A stretch of DNA of 63,313 nt, counting the filler, from Reticulomyxa filosa (taxonomy: Eukaryota > Protista > Foraminifera): assembly GCA_000512085.1 (NCBI GenBank). It is 9 parts of 9 records of this genome, joined end to end, with 100 filler letters (N's around TTAATTAATTAA, not from the genome) between each part and the next. Parts side by side here need not be neighbours in the genome. Positions count along the whole stretch, not along the records: positions 1 to 1,858 come from ASPP01027909.1; positions 1,959 to 8,032 come from ASPP01028736.1; positions 8,133 to 14,403 come from ASPP01025542.1; 6 more parts are not named here. One strand, written 5' to 3'. The translations under genes were made by a program, and so were the position numbers. A model generated the notes under the pieces. It made no database searches. It was not told the DNA's origin and saw only the letters and a program-made list of their open reading frames with translations. This document shows positions 1 through 13,507 of this stretch, one piece after another. Every line of letters begins with the position of its first letter. The first letter of the stretch is position 1.

Positions 1-1437
1 ATTTGGTCTCATTCTTGATATTATCCAGTTTGTCTTCTTTTTCTCTAATTGCGTATTGCAGCCTGTTTATTAATTCTTCCGCATTGTTTAAGTGGATCTT
101 TAATTCCTTGACTTCCTTCTCATACGCGCCAATTCGCTGCTCCATTACCAGTTTATGTTTGTATTCATTCTTGGCTTGGTATCTCACCTTTTCCAATTGT
201 ATTTTTAGATTCTCTGTTGCCTGGATATATTGGCTAGCTTGATTTTCGAGATTAAACCTTTGAGATTGTTCATTTTTCACCAATTCTTGAAATTTTACAA
301 TCTGGCAGTCTTTTTGTTCCAATTGGGCAGTCATTGTTATTTTCGCTTTGTCATTTTCAGCTATATTTCCTTTTAGTACTACCATTTGCGCGTTTGAATC
401 CTTTTTCTCTTGGTTAAGTCTGGCTATCGTAGTTTTGCTTTCTTCTAATTTCGCATTTATGTTTCGGAATATTTCGATCTGTAAGTTTGCATCTTCTAAT
501 GACTTTAACATACGTTGTTGCTATGTTTCATACTTTTGTATTTGTGCCACTAGTGTCGATGCATAGTTAATTGGTAATATTGTAGATATCATCGGGTTTT
601 CAATTCCTGTTACTTGCGCTGCTGCTTTAGTACGTATGGCCAACTGTAATTCATTGATGTCTTGATCGCATGTTATTTGCTGTTCATTAATCTCCAGAAA
701 CTGCCTACTATGATCTCATTGCATGAAATCAGACATATATTGAGTTATTTTGTTAATAGATACTGGCATGTTGTTGTCTATGCTTAATCTTCGTTTTTTT
801 ACTTTCGGTGCTGCTATTGTCATGTTACTATGTGGGTTTGCATTATCCAATGGGTTAATGTATGTGTGTAATTGGGGTACGGTTGGTCGGATGCTGTTTA
901 CAATTTTTATATCATCATTGATTTCTATTTTTTGTTCTTGGATAGCGTCCCAGTTTTTTTGTTCAATCATGTCGTGTATTTGTTGCCAGTTTACGTCCGG
1001 GAAATTGCGTTGCAAGTGTGTAATAATTACCCCTTTTAAAATTTTTTGTTGAATTAACAGGCATGTTGATGTTGCACCAGGACACAGTTTTTTCCTTTGT
1101 AATGTGATAATGATTTAAATTTCCACATATGGAAATCTAGCACTTTCAATGATGCTATTTTGCCGGAACAATAAGGACATTGATGTTTTGTCTGATTTGG
1201 AATAATTTTTACCAGCTGGTTTGGGTAAGGTTTGCCTCGGTCATCAAAATTCAGTTGGAATTCATTGATATACTTCATTTTATTTTGATTTATATCGTCT
1301 TTTGTTTCATCATTGTCTGTTGTTTTGTCCTTTGTACTTATTGTACTTTCTTCCGACTTTGCGTCGCCTTCCATTTTATTTTCCTTCGCATCACCAGTTG
1401 TGAAAAGTTTTTGCTTAAGACTTGTAAATTTCGACAC
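1..1437 (-). pseudogene. Disrupted gene: C2H2-like Zn finger (CPYC...H...H) followed by a long coiled coil; runs off the window edge
   Basis: ORF 1437-1054 joins the frame of ORF 1015-716 by a -1 shift at the A6 run (~1087-1093). That frame continues past TGA (716-718) and TAG (521-523) as a Q/E/K-rich coiled coil (QQRMLKSLEDANLQIEIFRNINAKLEESK...) to position 1. Confidence 0.6.
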
Positions 1438-1858
1438 TACTTTCCACTATCTGCCAGATAGCTGTAGTAAATGAGAGCTTCCGTTTGGTTCGTTAGTTGG
1501 TTTTAGTGAAGTTGGTTAATAAAAGTTCAACCATTAAGGGGGTCTTAAAAGATAAGTAGAGAGAAGAACAAGAGCGAATACGTCCAAAAAAGGAAATACA
1601 AATATATCCTCCCTCATTGAGTGAACGCATTGGTGATTGATGCGAGAATTTCCAGCAATGACCATTATTCAAGGCCAAAACGTGTCTATCATTTCAATGG
1701 CGCGACAAGACAGGATGAATTTGGTATTCTTGCAAATATCAATTATATGACGGCGCTTGAACAGTTGAAAAAAAATTATCACAGTTCAATTATCGACGAT
1801 CAGGATCTTGGCGCTTTCTGACTACGAATGCAAGTTCATCAAAAAGGATATAATAATA

Positions 1859-1958
1859 NNNNNNNNNNNNNNNNNNNNNNNNNNNNNNNNNNNNNNNNNN
1901 NNTTAATTAATTAANNNNNNNNNNNNNNNNNNNNNNNNNNNNNNNNNNNNNNNNNNNN
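1859..1958. other. Artificial contig-joining linker (44 N + TTAATTAATTAA + 44 N); identical linkers at 8033-8132, 14404-14503, 22728-22827, 28926-29025, 36965-37064, 43819-43918 and 59528-59627
   Basis: Eight identical 100-nt blocks; TTAATTAATTAA puts stop codons in all six frames; gene context changes abruptly across each one. Confidence 0.98.
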
Positions 1959-2588
1959 AAGTCATGATACAAGCAATACTGGTTTTTGTATCGGCTCCAA
2001 AAGCAAAGAAAGTAAGTTTGAAACGCGATATCGAAAGTCGTTGATGATCTGTTGTCAATTCATAGCAAGCCCAATCCATTGCGACAGCTACCGTCTTTCA
2101 ATAAATATCACACCACTCTCTCCGAAAAGAAAAAGTTGTCTATGTTGTTGAAGATACACTCGAGGATGACGCAAAGAAGAGACCAAGTGACAAAAATAAA
2201 ACTTTACACAAAACCGAGTTTTTCCATTTTTATGGTGTAAATTTCGTATTGCTTTTTTATTATCTCAGATTTTGGGACTTATGTTCTTCATAGCTATAAG
2301 TGAGCACCAATGATAAAATCCTTTGTACGAAAGGCTGCCACTCTTTTGCCGTATAGTTCTGTTTTCAGAGAGAAGGCTGCAAGTCTTGAATTTAAATATC
2401 ATTCAGGCTAAAAAATAATAATAATTTTTTAATTGTTTTCCATACTCGAAAAACGACCGAAAGGTTTTGCAATAATGAACTTTTAAAATAAATTAAGCAA
2501 CTAAACACAAGATGACTCAAATTGGCTCGGATTTCTTTGAAAAGTTAATCTTTCGCTTATTGGGAGAATAGATTGTTGAATAAAAATT

Positions 2589-3837
2589 ATGGTTTCAAAT
2601 AGGCTCGACCAAGTGTCAGCAGAGCAAGCAAGTCTGACAAAAGAGCAGTTTTCACTCCAACAAGAAATTATGGAGCTCGACCAAGAGTTACACACGATCA
2701 ACAAAAGAATAGAGCAGCATGAGCAGTGTTATGCTGAACATGAAGAGTTAAATATTGGAGATGTTGAACAAAAAAGATAAAAAGAAAAATTTAACAAAAC
2801 AGAGAGTTAGCTGGGGAAATGTGCAATATGAACATACTGGAAGATTTGTTTCTTTCTCAAATGAGTGAAAGAGACAAAGCATTTGCACAATTTCTGGAAT
2901 CGCAGTTAATAGATAAATGATATAAAAAGAAAAATATATAAAAAATTGGTCTTTGAACACACCAGACAAGAAATGACACAGGCTATACTGAAAAGCTACA
3001 ATTATGTAACTGAACATTGCCAGCATATCGCTCCCCACAGTGATGGAAAAAAAACGCAGTTGGAAAAACTAGAATCAATTCAACGAGGTTATCCAAAAAA
3101 TATACATTTATTTATTTAAATTTTTGATTGGTTGCACCTGCCGCAAAAAATAGGACTTGAAAGTACTTTTCAAGCAGGCGAAAAGGAAATTGAGGACAAA
3201 AAACAAACAATCAAAACCCTGGAGTTATGTTTGAAGTGAGAGGGAACAAAAAATTTTAAAATACTTTTTTTTTGCGTTTGCATTATACAGTGAAAATATA
3301 AGTTTTTTGAGCGGTATCATTGCAAATAAAATCGATGCAGTAGAAAACCATCGCCAAGTTAATTTTTTATTGGTTTGAATAAATGCACATGAAAACGATA
3401 TTTTGTGAATATGTCAAGATGTTACAAGGGCAAAACGAGAGAATTGGCAGTTTGAAAAGGTAAGTTTTTTTGTAATTTGAGGCTTTTTTTTCAGTATGCT
3501 TCATGTAAAAAATAGAAAAATTAAACCACTTCGCGAAGAGATTTCTCAACAACATACGGTCCACCAATTAATCAAAAACTTGCAACAACAAATGTAAAAC
3601 GACTCAAATTCGATGAATTTTTTTCCTTATTTTCGTTTTACACTTTGCTTATACGTAATTAATTATACAAACATAGAGAGACCGAAAAGCATATTGCTAA
3701 AACATTGGTGACAGAAACAGAACAAATCAAAAACGAAATACTGTCCACTAAGGAGTCAATAAAGCAGCTTCACGTGGAAGAAAATAAATTGCAGAAAGAA
3801 TTACAACAAATGGAAAGATCAAATAGTATATTTTGAC
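2589..3837 (+). CDS. Multi-exon coiled-coil protein of unknown function
   Basis: Heptad-like exons (MVSNRLDQVSAEQASLTKEQFSLQQEIMELDQEL; ...KESIKQLHVEENKLQKELQQMERSNSIF*) separated by short AT-rich GT-AG introns; exon limits approximate. Confidence 0.6.
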
Positions 3838-4035
3838 AAAGCTGAAGTTGTCAACTTAAAAATATTTCATGGACATTTGTCAATTTGAAGATTTGTATGT
3901 GCACAAATAAAAACACGTCGTTTGACATATGGAAATGGTTCTATTGAATTTTTGCTTGATGCTGAAAAACATTTCAACTAAAGAGGTTTTTGCTATTAAC
4001 AGAAGTTCAAACAAAAAATTCTGCAAAATAAAAGG

Positions 4036-7000
4036 TCACTTTTTCAATTCAAACACTTCATACTCTTTGGTCATGAAGTTGTAGATTCCAGCCAAAAAGG
4101 TATCACTTCGGGCGCAGGAGTATGAATGCCCTGCATAAGCGTAACATCCACCTTGTGAGTTGCTCATATTGCATATGTAAAAGTCGTGTCCTCCTCCGAA
4201 AGTTGGGCCGTAACCACTAGTACAATTGATGGCATTTCCAGGTTGTGTACAATTGAATTTACCTGGAACACACCAAGCATTCTTTCCAAATGATTTTTGC
4301 ATTTGCTTGTACTGACGTTGCCAAGACTTTTTATTCATATTTGGTTCTCTCAGCTTGAAAATGAATGCTTGAGGATCGTAACAATAATTACCATTTTGAT
4401 TCCAGCCAATCGTCACAAAGCCACCAAATACATGTTTATTCGTGGACTCTACAACCACTTTTTTGTTTGTGAACAAGAGAAAGATTTTAAAAAATTGTAA
4501 GTATGCGTGTGAGTTTATAGTTTGTTTGGCTAGCACATACCAACAGTTGGATTTTTCTTGTTATCGCATTTTGCGTGAAATTTGTAGCTCTCAAATCTGT
4601 GTTTTGAGGCTCGATATAATAATTTCCAGTGACGGTTGCGAAATTTTTCGGTAGCCATCCGATTAACATATTTTTTCTTCCTCATTCTTCAAAATCTTGG
4701 AATCGATGGTTAGCTTTGAGGTTTGAACACGGACAATTTGGCTGTATTGGCTCCATCCGCTCTCGTTTTTGGCGCGTATGCGAATTAAATGCACTCGTTC
4801 TTCTTTCAATCCATGTAACTCCAGCCAGTACTTGTTTTTGTCCTCAACTTTGCCAGGCTCCTTATCTTTTTTATTTTTCTTTTTCTTTTTTTTCTTGTCA
4901 TCTTTATCATCATCACTTTCTTTACCGTCCTTGATACGACTATTCTTTAACTTTTTCAACCATTTTGAAGCAGACCGTCCAGTGAGTTTAATATTTTGCC
5001 ATTCCTTCCATTGTAAATCGGGATATCTCGCCAATAGCCGTTCTGGGTTAAGTTCAGGTTCATTTTTATTTTCATTGTCGACAATTACTTTTTGAGATTT
5101 TTGATTTTTCATTGCAGCTGCGCTTTCTCCTTCTTCATCATCCTCACCTTTTCCAGCTTTCTTTCGTGTTCCTCCAGTATGTCCACTTTCGCTGCTCTCA
5201 TTATCGTCATCTTTTCTTACCGGTGATCTACTGGACACGCGAGGATTTGCAATGGGACCCATATCCAATTCCTCGGAATAATAGGGCATATCGACGCTAG
5301 GATCCACACTCATTTGCAGCAGCGATTGTTGTTTATTGACTCCTTTTTTTGCGCTTTTTTTCTCTTTTTTTTCTTTTTTCTTTTGTCCTTTTTTTCGTTT
5401 TTTGCGTGATTTATTATCGTCGTCACTGCTTTCACTTTCTTCTTCACTCTCCTCACTCTCTTCTGACTCTTCGCTGCTTTTTTCACTTTCGCTTTCACTT
5501 TCGTCACTGTCGTCGCTTCCTTTCTTTTTCTTTTTTTCTTTCTTTTTGACTTCTTTCTTTTTCCCTTTCGTACTTTCCTTAGTTTTGTCTTGAATGACTT
5601 CACTTTCGGGGAGCATCGCCACCTCAAAAGACAATTCCAAGATAGGTTTGTTTTCGGCCAATTCCAGCAGTTTCCATTCCAGCTGTCAACAAGCAAAGGC
5701 AATCAAACAGACAAATGATATATGATTTGGTCAAACGAAAGTACCGATATTTTTACTCACTGTGATCAGTCAGAATAGGAAAAAAATAGCTTCGTACCAG
5801 TACAGAGTCACTCGAGTTTTTGAGGACTGTCAAAGCCATTGGTGGTGCTGGTTCGTCGCAGTCATTGATGACGAGACGCTTACAAAATTGTCGAAATGAA
5901 TCCAATTGGAAGCCAAATTTGATGTCTGGCGCAGTTGCAATATTCAACGACACATCCTTGTCATTTATTATATTGTTACACATTGTCACTATTTCCAATC
6001 GTCTTTCATGAACGTCTTTGTCTGCATCTGCAACTAATTCTTCGTAACGTCGTTTTGACTAATTTTTACAAAACAAACAAACAAAGATAATCGTAATAAT
6101 AATATAACACAAAAATGTCACTTAATATTTGTGTATAGTTAAAGTTAATAATGACTATTTGTTATTAACAGCATTGATAGCATTTTGATGATCCAATAAA
6201 TATTTTAATTGTGATTTGAGAGCTGTTTCTTTTTTCACTTCCAACTTTTGTGCATCTGTCTTGACGGCCTGTTCTTTGTCTTTCAATGACTCAGTCACTG
6301 TGTCCATTTTTTTGGAGATTTCTATTTTGGCTTGTTCGGACTGCCGTTTCAAAGCGTCAAAGCAAGATTCGATCGAATCGATTAGCGTTTCACACACCTC
6401 CAATCGTTCTTGTAATTTTGCAAAGGCCTCTTGTTCCACCGGCGTTACAATTATATGTACTTTGTCATCGTTCCCTTGGATACGACCTGCAAACAACATT
6501 GCATGCATAATTATATTTTTGTGTACACGTATATTTGTATATATTATTTATTCCCAAACATGCACTTTGCCCTCTTCTCCCTTTTTTTTTCCTTTTAAAA
6601 TAATCTCAACAAAAAAAAAGAGGCGAATAAAGTAAATGTGGAACAATACCCAATTTCTACAAGTTCTTCACTAATGCTCACTTTTGCAAACTTTGCAAAA
6701 AAAAAAAAAAAAGGGGGGATGAAAATTTTTTTTTATGTTTTTATCTTGTTCAAATGGCCTTCCCCCCCCCCCCCCCCCCTTTTTCAAAATCAAATTTTTT
6801 TTTAATATGAAAAATCGCAACAAGTCATTGTTGCTGTCGGGAAAAAAAACAGCTTTGTTTTAGATTTGACTTTGTTCGAGGTCGTTTGTTTTTTGTATAC
6901 CTGATATCTTCATTGATGCGCGCTCCTCTTTCTCTTTTGCAACTGGCTTATCTTCGTCCTCTCCTTCACCAAGTCCGGCATTCCCTCCTTCCATTCCTTC

Positions 7001-7336
7001 CTTTTCACCCTCATCGACCAACCCTTCTGGAATGTTGTAGTCAAAGGCAGGAGCTGCTTCCGCTTCGTCGCCAACAGACACGTCACTAAACATCTTTTGC
7101 AACTGCTTGGGCTTCTTTTTGTTCCCTCCTCCACCAAGGACTTTCTGATCTTCAATTGCTTTGATAAACCTGCGTGTTGCTAATGCATCTAGCTTTAGGT
7201 CCTTTGCAAAGTCTCTCAGTTCTTCGGTGTTAAAGTCGGCTAACTCTTCAATACTTATATTGCGCTCAAGAAAGGTCGGCTCTATGTAAGATAATTTATT
7301 CACGGCCAGCCACGCACTCACGTCGCTTTTATCCAT
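4036..7336 (-). CDS. Multi-exon SAM + coiled-coil + fibronectin type III + TLDc domain protein
   Basis: SAM-like N-terminus (DVSAWLAVNKLSYIEPTFLERNISIEELADF); coiled-coil exon 6155-6490; FN3 C-terminal strands (IRIRAKNESGWSQYSQIVRVQT); TLDc motifs (HVFGGF, DPQAFIFKL, YGPTFGGGHDFYI, EYEVF). Confidence 0.85.
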
Positions 7337-9099
7337 CTTGGGATTTGACTTCCCTTTATTCGACCAACTTCAGAACGGGTAATTCTTTTTTTTTGTCCGG
7401 TGCTGGGAACACTGTTAGACCAAAAAAAGTGGAAATACTTTGTTTTTGACACATGAAATAGAAAATGGATGCAATATGAATGTAATTTATATCAAATCAT
7501 GTTCACAAGAAAGAAAATGCAACTATGTGAACGAGTTCTGGTTTTTCAAAAGAGAGATTGCCTGCTTTTTTTTCTTTTCTCTTATTATTGTTTTAGTTGT
7601 TTAAAGTAAGAAAAGAAAATTAAGAAAACATAGAAAAAGGCAAAGAAGTCAACAGGTTGCGTGTGAACAGAAAAATACTGCACCCAGGGAGAGAGATGGC
7701 ATCATATAAAAATAAAAGGTTAATTGGGAAAAAACGTTCTTCCAAAGAAGCAGAATTAAATACTACCTTTCAACCGCCGAATGAATTTCAAGGCATTATA
7801 AACAATAAAAAGGGTGAAAGTAAGAGCACAGAAAAAAGACAGAAAAGGACGACGTGTTCATCGACCCAAAGCGAGTAATCTTATTTTCCTGCGTTTTCTT
7901 TTTTGAAGACAGAACAAAGTGTGTAAACCCTTGTACACCACACTACAGCGCCGATTGACAAACGATCAAAATACACCTCGCTTGTTGCCAAGCTTTCAAT
8001 CTGATGTTGGGTTATTTGCAAAAAAAAAAAAANNNNNNNNNNNNNNNNNNNNNNNNNNNNNNNNNNNNNNNNNNNNTTAATTAATTAANNNNNNNNNNNN
8101 NNNNNNNNNNNNNNNNNNNNNNNNNNNNNNNNTTTTTTTTTTTTTTAATACAATGATTGATTTGTTGGCTGATTGAAGCACAATCATTTAAGAAGATTGT
8201 TATGCATTCATTGGCATTTAGTGAACGCAAGATTATCCGGTTTTCGCCACATCTTGTTGACGACGAAAATCGTTGTTAATAATTGAAGATTAACTTCGAA
8301 CTTCTTTCAGATACTGCTACATGTTGCAGTATCTAGTTATTCTGTGTTTGTCTTCCCAAAATACAACTTTTTTTTCAAAAGTTTATCTAGATGATTAATG
8401 ATTTTTTTTTAGAATTGCTTTCAGACATTAATATATCGTCCCTGTCGATGAAATAGTTCATCATTGGTGATCTATCGTGGAAACCAGATGTCAGGATTAA
8501 AGTTTTGAAAGCAGCGGCCAAGTTTGTAATCGATACCAAGAGAATAATTTGAACATTTGTCAAGTCTCTTCAAGACAAATCTCAATTTAACTCGAAATAA
8601 CTTTGTTGTTTTTCTTTTGATTATCTTTGTATGGACTTTTTTGGTCGTTGTAAGATTTTGTGTCTTTCTTTTATTTTATATTTCTTAGAACGAGGTGCGA
8701 TTGTAACTAGAAAGACCTGAGTTTGTGCATGTAGAGATGGCAAAAAGCATTGCAAGTTGATGATGAAGCGAGATATTAATCCAACACTTGACACGCCCCA
8801 CTGCAACTCCATCAAAAAAAAAATTAGTTGTGATTGGAGTTTATATAATTCTTCTTGTTTGGATAATAATATTGATGATATTATTGATACTTTATTATTA
8901 ATAACAATTTGCAGTTCCATTTAATCACACATTTGAAAAAGATGGATAAAAATCATCAATAGATATTGCACTATGTTCCGAATCCATTTCAATCATTTAC
9001 ACTAATTGGAGGACAGATAACGATTGACTGAATGCAGGATCTGATCATTTGTCAATCACATTCAGCATCAAGGCAGATTGGTCAAATCCTGAAATCAAG

Positions 9100-9900
9100 A
9101 AACAAATAATTGAAGTATAAAATCTTAGAAGTAATAGGCTTCCAAATGATCCACAATCATGGACAAAGTGCATTATGGTGAATAAAGTAAACAAACTGTA
9201 GTGGAGTGGTTATCTCTTTTATTATTCCTGTTATATATCATGCAAGCAGTCCATTATTCAATATAATGTCCAGATGATGCGGCATTATGGACATCCATTT
9301 ACACCAGTGATGACGAAATGAAGACAATTATTACAACACAATTTGGATTATATATGTTTGTGGACATCCAAATGGAATTGTTATTTGCTCCAATCAATCA
9401 CAGTTAAAAAGAAGAACAAAGTCAAGTATCCAAAGATGAATTTGACATTGAATATTAAACAGGTCAAAGAGAAAAACCATGTCAAGTATTTGGTATTGAT
9501 TGTGAACTCACAATTGACATACAAACAACATATTAACTATCTATGGAAAAGCATCAAGGAAATTTGGTTATTTTATATTCAGACTAAGTTTAAGTGTATA
9601 ACCTGTTGTATAAAACAATCATAAAACCTTCACTGGAATATGTATACGCATTTCGGAATGGTTCTGCTTATTGTCATAAACGAAGGTTAGAAAGAATTCA
9701 AAGGATATCAATGTGTAGAATACTTGGTGTATGAACTCTACAGCTGTGAATGTGATCAGTCAATTACCACCATTTGAGTTACGATGAAGACATGAAGAAG
9801 TGAAATTGTCTCAAAAATGTGTGATATAGAACAGCAAGTTCTCAGAACATAATTTGCTTATGAAGGTGAAGAAGAAGCTTTAGAACATTTCTTAATTTAA
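9100..9900 (+). mobile_element. Degenerate non-LTR (LINE) retrotransposon reverse transcriptase remnant
   Basis: Frameshifted fragments in RT order: LLFLLYI, PDDAALWTS (YADD-like), LDYICLWTSKW, VKYLVLIVNSQLTYKQHINY, IKPSLEY, RLERIQRISMCRILG; many stops. Confidence 0.8.
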
Positions 9901-10567
9901 TGTCCACTTTATCAAAGGCTTATAGAAACTGGATATCAACATCAAGGAATTGTTACCGCATTTCTACTTGCTTGGTTTGCAATTTCGGTAGTGATGATTG
10001 GATGACGAAGCAATTAGTAATTTGACACATTCACTCCCTACTAAATGTTGCAGTATCTAGTTGTCTTGTACTTTTTTTCCTTCAAAATATGACTTTTTTT
10101 GCAATTTATATCGATGATAAATGATTTAAATGAATTTTTTTACCGTTATCAGCATTTGATTTATAAACCACAATAAGAATTATAAATTTAATTTCATCAT
10201 CTTCAGTTTTACTTTTATTTGGTTGTCTAACAGTAGCATTATCATCACCTTTTGTTTCGGAAACCATTTTTTTGAATCATCAGTGTAAAAATATTACTTC
10301 AGTTGATAATTTACCTTTAGATTCTTTGTGAATATGCCTTCTTTTGCAAGATTGCACCCTCCTTACGTCAATTTAATTACGATTGTTTCTCTTGTAACAA
10401 TAATAATCTAACAAGAGTTAAATGAAATTTCTGTTGCCAAACTAAGATTTCAGAAAATATATCTCATCTCAAATGACAGCAAGATCAAACGTTCACAAAA
10501 AGCAAAGAACGCAATTTTATTTTTTCAAATAGACACCACACGCAAGCCAAAAACAAAAATTCAAACT

Positions 10568-13340
10568 TTACACTTCCCTTGGTTGTGATAGTTGGTGTAA
10601 GTATGATCGTGGAGAGAGAATAGCTGTTGAGCCAACAAAGATATCGATGTTGTGTTTTTCGCTCAACTCATAGCATGTGCACAACTCTGAATAGGTTACT
10701 CCACCCAAAATGTAAACTATTATGCGTGGGCCAGACTATTTTACCACACAAACAGTGCCAGTGAAATTTTTGTAAAGATAAAAATCATTCAGAGAAAAAT
10801 TGTAACTGGTGCTTTTTCAGTTTCAGTTCCTTTCTTGTGTTTGCGAAATGATGTTGCTTGTCTTTTTCTGGATTTTCCTCCACTTGGTCTGTCTCTAACA
10901 AATGGGAAATGTTCTTCGAATTTTCCTTCAGTACCTTCGATGTGATTCTATTCGGATATTATTTATTTCAAAATGTTTGACATACACTAAATTGTCGGTA
11001 ATTTTGTCGATATTGGTGTGAAACTAAACTGTCAAAGCCCATTCAAGAAAAGATAAAAAGCGAATTGGAGATGAGTCTTCAGAACTCTTTTCACAATGCT
11101 CTTTGGCCGCTCTTTGCACGGCTGCCCAGTATTCACTGTTTTTGTGACCTTCTTTGGGTGGTTTAACACTTGACAACACAACTTGTAACGCACTCAAATT
11201 CATTATGGTAGTTTGCTCCTTCTCTGAAAATCTTGCTTGTTCAAAGAGAGTTTTGCGCGTTGAATCACTTAAACCGCCATGAGAGATCATATATATCATA
11301 AGTAATCGCAGTTTCAGTTCGGAACTGTTACAAGACAAATTAATCTTGCAATGCTTTCAATACAATGAGATTGACAAAGATAAGAGTATATATAGATAAC
11401 GTATATACACAACGATTTAATATCTTTGCTTAAGAATATATCTTGCGAACAACGAGCTCCCAATTTGTCTCGATCGCATTTTTTGCCGTCGGAATCAATC
11501 CAGCAAGCAATATCTTGTTCCAGCAATATTACATCGAGTAGCTTCTGGTCACCGAAGCATTTAGTGACAGCTTGTGCTAAATCCAGATTTGTTTTGAAAC
11601 GCCGAATTTGCTGTTGATATTGCGGCATGTCTTGTGCGGCTTTCAGCAACTCACTATTGCTGAGGTTCTCCGCTCCTTTTTTATCTCGAAATTTGACGAC
11701 GGCACTTTCGTTTCGCCACTCGTTGAACTCCTTCGGTAGTCGTTTATTGACCTCACCAATGAATGCATGACGATACTTTCCCCAAACTTTGTCTTCTTCT
11801 GTTGGTAACACGATTTGTTCATCCCTCGATTCCGATTCTTCACTTTTCTCATCGACGATTTTTTTCTGAGGCCTGTGTCCCATTCATCACACCACATTAG
11901 CTCTTTGCACAATCGTTTTTCATATACGCATGCGAGTTCGTCTTACACATATGTACATATGCGTATCGACCACACAAAAACATATCGTATATTGGTGTGC
12001 ATAAAAACAAAACGGGGCGTCTTTTCGAATTCGATCGGCCAACAAGTCGCATACCATGGCTTGAAAGGTCATCGAATGGAGCAATGGCGTCAATGGATCA
12101 TCGGCTCTGTCCAAGACGAGCAAGGTTGCTCGATCTCGTTTGGCTTCCAAGTGGGCAAGTTTGATTTCGCTTCTTCCATCCGTTTCTGATGACAACATAT
12201 GACAAAAGTGAGAGATAAACAAATAAATAAAAAGCAAATGGGACGTAGTAAGTGTCGATCTCTCAGTATTTTCCCTCTCAGCACACCAACCAAACTACAA
12301 CCAACAGCCCCAAGTCCTTTGCCAATCGTGACGAACTGGAATATCGAACATACGGCTCCTCGTTCGCTGTCAGACATACGCCGATCAATTGTTGTGCGGT
12401 TTTATCCAACTCGTCGCTGCGTCCATCCGCTTGTTTTAAATAGAGCGTTGCAAAGGCGTCTTCTCGGCTGAATGAAAATACTTTTTGCTCCAAGACTGTC
12501 CACACATTTTCCCAATCAATGGCACTGCAAAAAAACACACACGACAAAAGATGTCACAAAAAAGATATGTACCCAAGAAGTCGCATCTCACTTCTTCACA
12601 AATTTGAAGATAGTTGTTCTTTATCAAATTGGAATTTCTCAAGTATTCAATGCATCGTGGTTCCAATGCTTTTGATTTGTTTGAAGGGAAACAGAGCAAA
12701 AGGGAACACAAAACACTCATTTTAAAAAAGCCGATTTTTCGCCGAGGAAATTATTTTTGCAATTGAAAAAGTGATTTCCATATGCCTTTGCAAAACATGT
12801 GCATGCGTGCGAAAGAACGCATACGTGAAACAAAAAAGGCAAAAACAGGCACCCCATATCCGGGATTCTTTATATCGTTGTAATCTTCTACCATTTTCTT
12901 CACGGAACTAATGTGGCCACTCAAAAAATAAATAGGGGAAAGTCGAACACGCTCGCGTGAATACGCCACATTTACAACAACTTTATTTCATCAATGCCAA
13001 ATCAATTCACTCATGTATATGTTATATTTTTGCACCACCTTCTACCCCCCCTTTTTTTTTTGTCAGACCCTCTCCTTAATTCAATTTGTAAAAACAACAC
13101 GTAGTAATACCGCCAATGCTCATGTCGTTTAGTTCATGCATCTTGAAACAGTAATTCAATATACGAATTGTTGTGTCATCCCCGACAATCAAAGAATATG
13201 GCTTTTTCATTTTTTTCTTCGCAGCTTCTATCACATGCTCGCTGATCCCTGTTGGACCAAAGTTTGTTTTCTTTTATTTTTCACAAAAGCAAAAAAGAAG
13301 CAAGCAACTTACTTTGCTTTAGCAGTGCTCTGAGCGACAT
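10568..13340 (-). CDS. Sec1/Munc18 (SM) family vesicle-fusion protein, multi-exon
   Basis: Start MSLRALLKQ|gtaag; LIVGDDTTIRILNYCFKMHEL; LLVLDRADDPLTPLLHSMTFQAMVCDLL; EDKVWGKYRH; KLRLLMIY; PRIIVYILGGVTYSEL...VGST; GT-AG introns. Confidence 0.92.
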
Positions 13341-13507
13341 TTTCAAAATAGAAATACAATGCGGTGGAAACGGTAATATCAATCAAATCAAGAGTTTTTT
13401 TATTACCGAGTTGAACGCTGGTCCCTTACTGAACGTTTTTCCTTAGTAATAAGTACAAATGAGAGATTTGACATTCGTTTACATGTTACTGACAAATATT
13501 CGTTTTG

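Noticed and set aside
1903-1914. Recurrent TTAATTAATTAA motif as a biological repeat or CRISPR-like element
   Set aside because: It is always centred in 88 Ns and is a six-frame-stop concatenation linker.
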